From positions 1,024,001 through 1,088,000 of the forward strand of contig OY969695.1 of NCBI GenBank assembly GCA_963701965.1: DNA of 64,000 nt, written 5' to 3'. How positions within the stretch are numbered: position 1 is the first letter of the stretch; each line of letters opens with the position of its first letter. The DNA comes from an uncultured Gemmatimonadales bacterium (GTDB lineage Bacteria; Gemmatimonadota; Gemmatimonadetes; Gemmatimonadales; Gemmatimonadaceae). A program made the translations under genes and the position numbers. This document shows, one piece after another, positions 60,208 through 64,000 of the stretch. The notes below the pieces were generated by a model. That model saw nothing but the letters and a program-made list of their open reading frames with translations. It was not told where the DNA came from and searched no databases.

Positions 60208-60729
60208 TCAGCGAATGGCGAAGATCACGACGTCCGTCAGCAGGGCGATCGCCTGCCCTACCACGACATCGCTGGGGTAGTGGACACCCAGACAGACGCG
60301 GCTGAAACCGATCAGGGCGGCTATGGCGAGCAGGGGCAGGGCGAGAGCCGGGAAGGCCATCGCGTAGGCGAAGGCTACTGCCATCGCCGCCGTCGCATGG
60401 CCTGACGGGAAAGAGAATTCATCCGGGACGCGGATCAGCGACTCGCATCCGAGGCGCCGGGACGGGCGCTCGCGGAGGACATTCCTCTTTATGACCTGGA
60501 CCACCCCGTGGGAGATCGCCAGGCCCAGGAAGGCCCGGAGGGCCGCCGTGTGCATCACGGCGCCGGCCATCAGCAGCGGCAGGGTCGCCGCGGCGACGCT
60601 GCACCAGAGGCCCCCCAGGTGCGTAATCGCCACCCACGCGCGAAACGTCGGTGTCGACTCGGCGATGGTCCACCGGTCGAACAACGCGCGATCGCGGGCG
60701 TCAAGACGGGCCAGAAGGGATGTTCCCAT
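60208..60729 (-). CDS. PAP2-family membrane phosphatase
   Basis: K....RERP, SFPSGH, SRVCLGVHYPSD. Confidence 0.93.
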   Translation of the reverse strand: MGTSLLARLDARDRALFDRWTIAESTPTFRAWVAITHLGGLWCSVAAATLPLLMAGAVMHTAALRAFLGLAISHGVVQVIKRNVLRERPSRRLGCESLIRVPDEFSFPSGHATAAMAVAFAYAMAFPALALPLLAIAALIGFSRVCLGVHYPSDVVVGQAIALLTDVVIFAIR

Positions 60730-60825
60730 ACCTCTTCAGGTTAGTGCTGACAAGTGACACCGACACCCGCTCCAGGAAACAAACGAGTAACGTTCGGCCT
60801 GCCATACTTGCGGACCGCACAAATC

Positions 60826-61671
60826 TTACGCCGCCACCGCCGCCCGCGAAAATGCTTCGCTCAACACCCGCCCCGCATACGTCAACGGCCGCGCCACGCC
60901 GAGCGCTGCGCACACCGTGGCCGGGATATCGAGCAGCGTGACGGGTCCTTCCAACTCACACGGTTCGATCTGCGCTCCCGCCACCATGACGGGGATCGTG
61001 CGATCGAGCGGATGATCGCTGTCGTGATCGTTGGCTACCGCCCCACCGCCCCCGTGATCCGCGCACGCGATCAGGATCGTGGCCGGATCGCGCGCGGGAT
61101 CGAGCTCGGCGAGGAGACCGCCGATCGCCGCGTCGAGATCCCGCGCCCCGCGCTCGTACTCGCGCGACATCCATCCGTGATCGTGCCCCGCCCGATCCGC
61201 ATCCGGCCAATGCATCAACAGCAAGCCGCGGCGCTGGGTGCGCAACGTGGGCCGCGCGGCCTCGAGAATGCCGAGCGCGCCCGCGCCGCCGAAGTGCGCA
61301 TGCTCCACGCCCAGGTGGCGCGCGATCCGCCGCGCCAGTCCCGCGTACAACCGGGGCACTGAATGCACAAAAGCCGACGTCGGGTATCCGGCATCGGCTA
61401 GGATTCGCGGCAGAAGATGGAGCGGCCCTCGCGATCGGGGAATGTGAAAGCGATCGCTCTCCAGTCCATGATACTGCGGCGGCGCGCCGCACAAGATCGA
61501 CGCCATGGCCGCCGCGGTGACGCTGGGACTCACCGACTTTCCGGTCATCGTCGAGGCGCTCGCGGCCATCAGCCCGCGAATGTGTGTGAGACCGAATCGT
61601 TCAATGGCGTCCGGGCGCAGGCCATCGAGTACCACGAGGACCACGCGACGGATGTCGGTCGGAGCAGTCAT
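60826..61671 (-). CDS. Alkaline phosphatase superfamily (NPP/phosphodiesterase-like) protein, no signal peptide
   Basis: VVLDGLRPD, PSVT, D.AGH..G, ADHGG, H. Confidence 0.85.
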   Translation of the reverse strand: MTAPTDIRRVVLVVLDGLRPDAIERFGLTHIRGLMAASASTMTGKSVSPSVTAAAMASILCGAPPQYHGLESDRFHIPRSRGPLHLLPRILADAGYPTSAFVHSVPRLYAGLARRIARHLGVEHAHFGGAGALGILEAARPTLRTQRRGLLLMHWPDADRAGHDHGWMSREYERGARDLDAAIGGLLAELDPARDPATILIACADHGGGGAVANDHDSDHPLDRTIPVMVAGAQIEPCELEGPVTLLDIPATVCAALGVARPLTYAGRVLSEAFSRAAVAA

Positions 61672-61804
61672 GTCGAACTCCAAGCGGGGGGAAGCGCAAC
61701 CCTCATCCGCGACGTAACTTGGCGCTCAGCGGTACCGGATACAGCGCCGTCGCGTGACAGATACGTAACGGTCGACACGCGTTGACCCCCTTAGTCTCTT
61801 TGCT

Positions 61805-63007
61805 ATGCGACTTCTCATTTGCTCGGACACGTATCCGCCGCAAGTCAACGGCGTCTCCGTCGTGACCGCGATCTCCGCCGCGGGACTCATCAAGCGGGGT
61901 TGGGAATGCGCCGTCATCGCACCGCGCTATCCGTCGGAGCCCGTCAGTGTGTTCAGCGACGCGCGTGTGGCGGATTGCGATGTGCTCTCCGTACCGAGCC
62001 TCTCGTTCCCACCCTATCCGGACGTGCGCCTCTCGGCGCCGGCGTACTCGGCCGTGCTGAAGTTCGCCCGCCGCTTCCGGCCCGACCTGGTGCACTCGGC
62101 GACCGAGTTCGTGATCGGCCGCATGGGCCAGCTGGCCGGACGCCGGCTGGGCGTCCCCCTGGTCTCATCCTATCACACGGACTTCAGCCGCTATACGACG
62201 GAGTATGGCATTGGTTTCCTCCGTGCAACCGTCATGGCGTACATCGCGCGCTTCCATAAGCGCAGCCGGCGCACGTACACGCCGTCGGGCCCATCGCGCG
62301 AGGATCTGATCCGCGCCGGCGTGCGCGACGTCGAAGTGTGGGGACGCGGCGTCAACATCGAGACCTACTCGCCGAGCCTCCGAAGCCCGGAGACGCGCGC
62401 ACGCCTCGGACTCGGCGACCGCTTCACGTTTCTCTACGTGGGTCGGCTGGCCATCGAGAAACGCGCCGACATGATTGTCGAAGCCTACGCCCGCGCCGTC
62501 ACGGCTCTGCCGCCGGACAGCACGCGCCTCGTGATCGCCGGCGCCGGCCCCCGCGAAGCCGCCGTGCGCGCCGCGGCGCCGCCGGGCGGTCAGGTGATCT
62601 TCCTGGGATACCTCGACCGCCAACGCGAGCTGCCAATGCTATACGCCAGCGCCGACGCGTTCGTGTTCGCCTCGCTCACCGAGACGCTGGGGCTCGTCGT
62701 GCTCGAAGCCATGGCGTCCGGACTGCCGGTGATCGCCGCGCCCTCGGGCGGCGTCGCCGATCATCTGCGCGATGGCGTCAATGGGATCGCCTACCCACCG
62801 GCCGACGCCGGCGCGCTCGCCGCCGCTATGGTCGCGCTGGCCAAAGACCCGGCCCGCGCGCGCGCGCTGGCCGCGGGCGCGCGCCGCACGGCCGAGGCGC
62901 TCACGTGGGAGCACGAGCTGGATCGCCTCGACGTGAGCTACCGCGAGGTGACGCGCCTGGTCACGCAACCCATGACCACACGAGAGCCCCTGCCGCAATC
63001 GTCATGA
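61805..63007 (+). CDS. GT4-family glycosyltransferase (diacylglycerol glycosyltransferase-like)
   Basis: DTYPPQVNGVS, SYHTDF, VWGRGV, YVGRLA.EK, ETLGLVVLEAMASGLPV. Confidence 0.92.
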   Translation: MRLLICSDTYPPQVNGVSVVTAISAAGLIKRGWECAVIAPRYPSEPVSVFSDARVADCDVLSVPSLSFPPYPDVRLSAPAYSAVLKFARRFRPDLVHSATEFVIGRMGQLAGRRLGVPLVSSYHTDFSRYTTEYGIGFLRATVMAYIARFHKRSRRTYTPSGPSREDLIRAGVRDVEVWGRGVNIETYSPSLRSPETRARLGLGDRFTFLYVGRLAIEKRADMIVEAYARAVTALPPDSTRLVIAGAGPREAAVRAAAPPGGQVIFLGYLDRQRELPMLYASADAFVFASLTETLGLVVLEAMASGLPVIAAPSGGVADHLRDGVNGIAYPPADAGALAAAMVALAKDPARARALAAGARRTAEALTWEHELDRLDVSYREVTRLVTQPMTTREPLPQSS

Positions 63008-64000
63008 CGAGCGCCGCGGCGCCGCCCAACGCGTTGAGCGCCGCGCCGTTCCGACTGGTCCCCATCACGCGCGCGTCGTTGGCGACCACGAGGATGATCA
63101 CGATGAGGGGCGGCGCCAGCAGGCCGTTGATGACGGCAGACCAGAACAGCATCCGGATGGCATCGATGCGCGCGTAGTTGAGCGCCGCGCCCACGAGCGT
63201 GGCGACACCGATCACGGCGTAAAACTGGGGCGCGGTCCACAACTTCTCATCCATGCCGCGCCGCCACCGCGCGGCCTCGGTGATCGCGTACGCGGCCGAG
63301 CCGGCGAGCACCGGCACTCCCAGCAGCCCGGTCCCAAGGATCCCAAGCGCGAACAACAAGGTCGCGCCCCCTCCGGCCAGCGGCCTCAGCGCCTCGGCCG
63401 CCTGCGCGGCCGTCTCGATGCGCGTGAGCCCGTGCTGGTGGAGCGTGGCGCCCGTCGTCAGAATGATGAAGTACATGATGAGATTCGAGATCAGCATCCC
63501 GGCATTGGTATCGTTGACGGCCGCGTGCATCGTCTTCTGCATCGGCTCGCCGGTATGGGCGTTGTCCTCGGCCTCCTGCGCCGCCTGCCAGAAGAAGAGA
63601 TAGGGCGAGATCGTCGTCCCCAGGATCGCCACCAGCGTCAGCACGTAGTCCGACGTGGGGATGATGCGCGGCCAGAACGTACCGCGAAGGACGGCCGCCC
63701 AATCGGGATGCGCCAGGAATGCGGTCAAGACGTACGCGAACAGTGACAATGCCAGCCACTTGAGGACCCGGCTCATCTGTGCATAGGACGCGAACACCAG
63801 CAGCCCGAGCACGAGCGCGGCAAAGACGGGCACGAACCACAGCCCCCGGACTCCGGTGAGCAGCCCCGCCGCCGCGGCCATGCCGCCGAGGTCGGCGGCA
63901 ATGTTCACCGTGTTGGCGACGAGGAGCAGCACACACGCGCACCAGAGCACCCAGGGCGGATAGTAGTTGCGTAGCACGCTGGCCAGACCACGCCGCGACC
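62961..64000 (-). CDS. NRAMP-family divalent metal transporter (5' end outside window)
   Basis: ANTVNIAADL, AILGTTISPYLFFWQ, AAQAAEALRPLAG. Confidence 0.9.
   Translation of the reverse strand, partial: SRRGLASVLRNYYPPWVLWCACVLLLVANTVNIAADLGGMAAAAGLLTGVRGLWFVPVFAALVLGLLVFASYAQMSRVLKWLALSLFAYVLTAFLAHPDWAAVLRGTFWPRIIPTSDYVLTLVAILGTTISPYLFFWQAAQEAEDNAHTGEPMQKTMHAAVNDTNAGMLISNLIMYFIILTTGATLHQHGLTRIETAAQAAEALRPLAGGGATLLFALGILGTGLLGVPVLAGSAAYAITEAARWRRGMDEKLWTAPQFYAVIGVATLVGAALNYARIDAIRMLFWSAVINGLLAPPLIVIILVVANDARVMGTSRNGAALNALGGAAALVMTIAAGALVWSWVA

Noticed and set aside
60741..60770. TGACA-like repeats upstream of the PAP2 gene as a Pho box
   Set aside because: Spacing is 6-7 bp, not 11 bp
1..64000. 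Many long antisense or alternative-frame ORFs (e.g. 174-1478, 16601-17914, 28844-30352, 58199-59827)
   Set aside because: Arg/Ala/Pro-rich shadows of real genes, expected at high GC

Overview
High-GC, gene-dense bacterial chromosome segment. The gene content tentatively suggests Gemmatimonadota (inference, not verified). It is mostly housekeeping and signalling: ffs-dnaX-ybaB-recR-mglB-mglA-pgsA-cinA, pyk, tal, uvrA, purEK, uppS, holB-moaC, two lytic transglycosylases, an M16 peptidase pair, a group-2-like and an ECF sigma factor, and tRNA-Asn. An accessory-looking block spans about 30.4-44 kb. I found no CRISPR array, integrase or transposase. Best leads: (1) a processive GT2 / TM-HEAT / Hpt-receiver / receiver / TPR-beta-barrel cluster that looks like a phosphorelay-linked polysaccharide secretion system; (2) four tandem paralogous TM-coiled-coil microproteins; (3) rifamycin phosphotransferase preceded by an RAE-like palindrome forming two mirror-image promoters with 19-bp spacers; (4) a decayed promoter plus 5'-half copy of tRNA-Asn ending exactly at the anticodon loop; (5) an SRP RNA without the GNRA tetraloop; (6) a PAP2 / AlkP-family / GT4 cluster that may remodel lipids. 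Four genes carry single +1 frameshifts, most likely assembly indels. All calls come from reading the sequence by eye; no searches were run.
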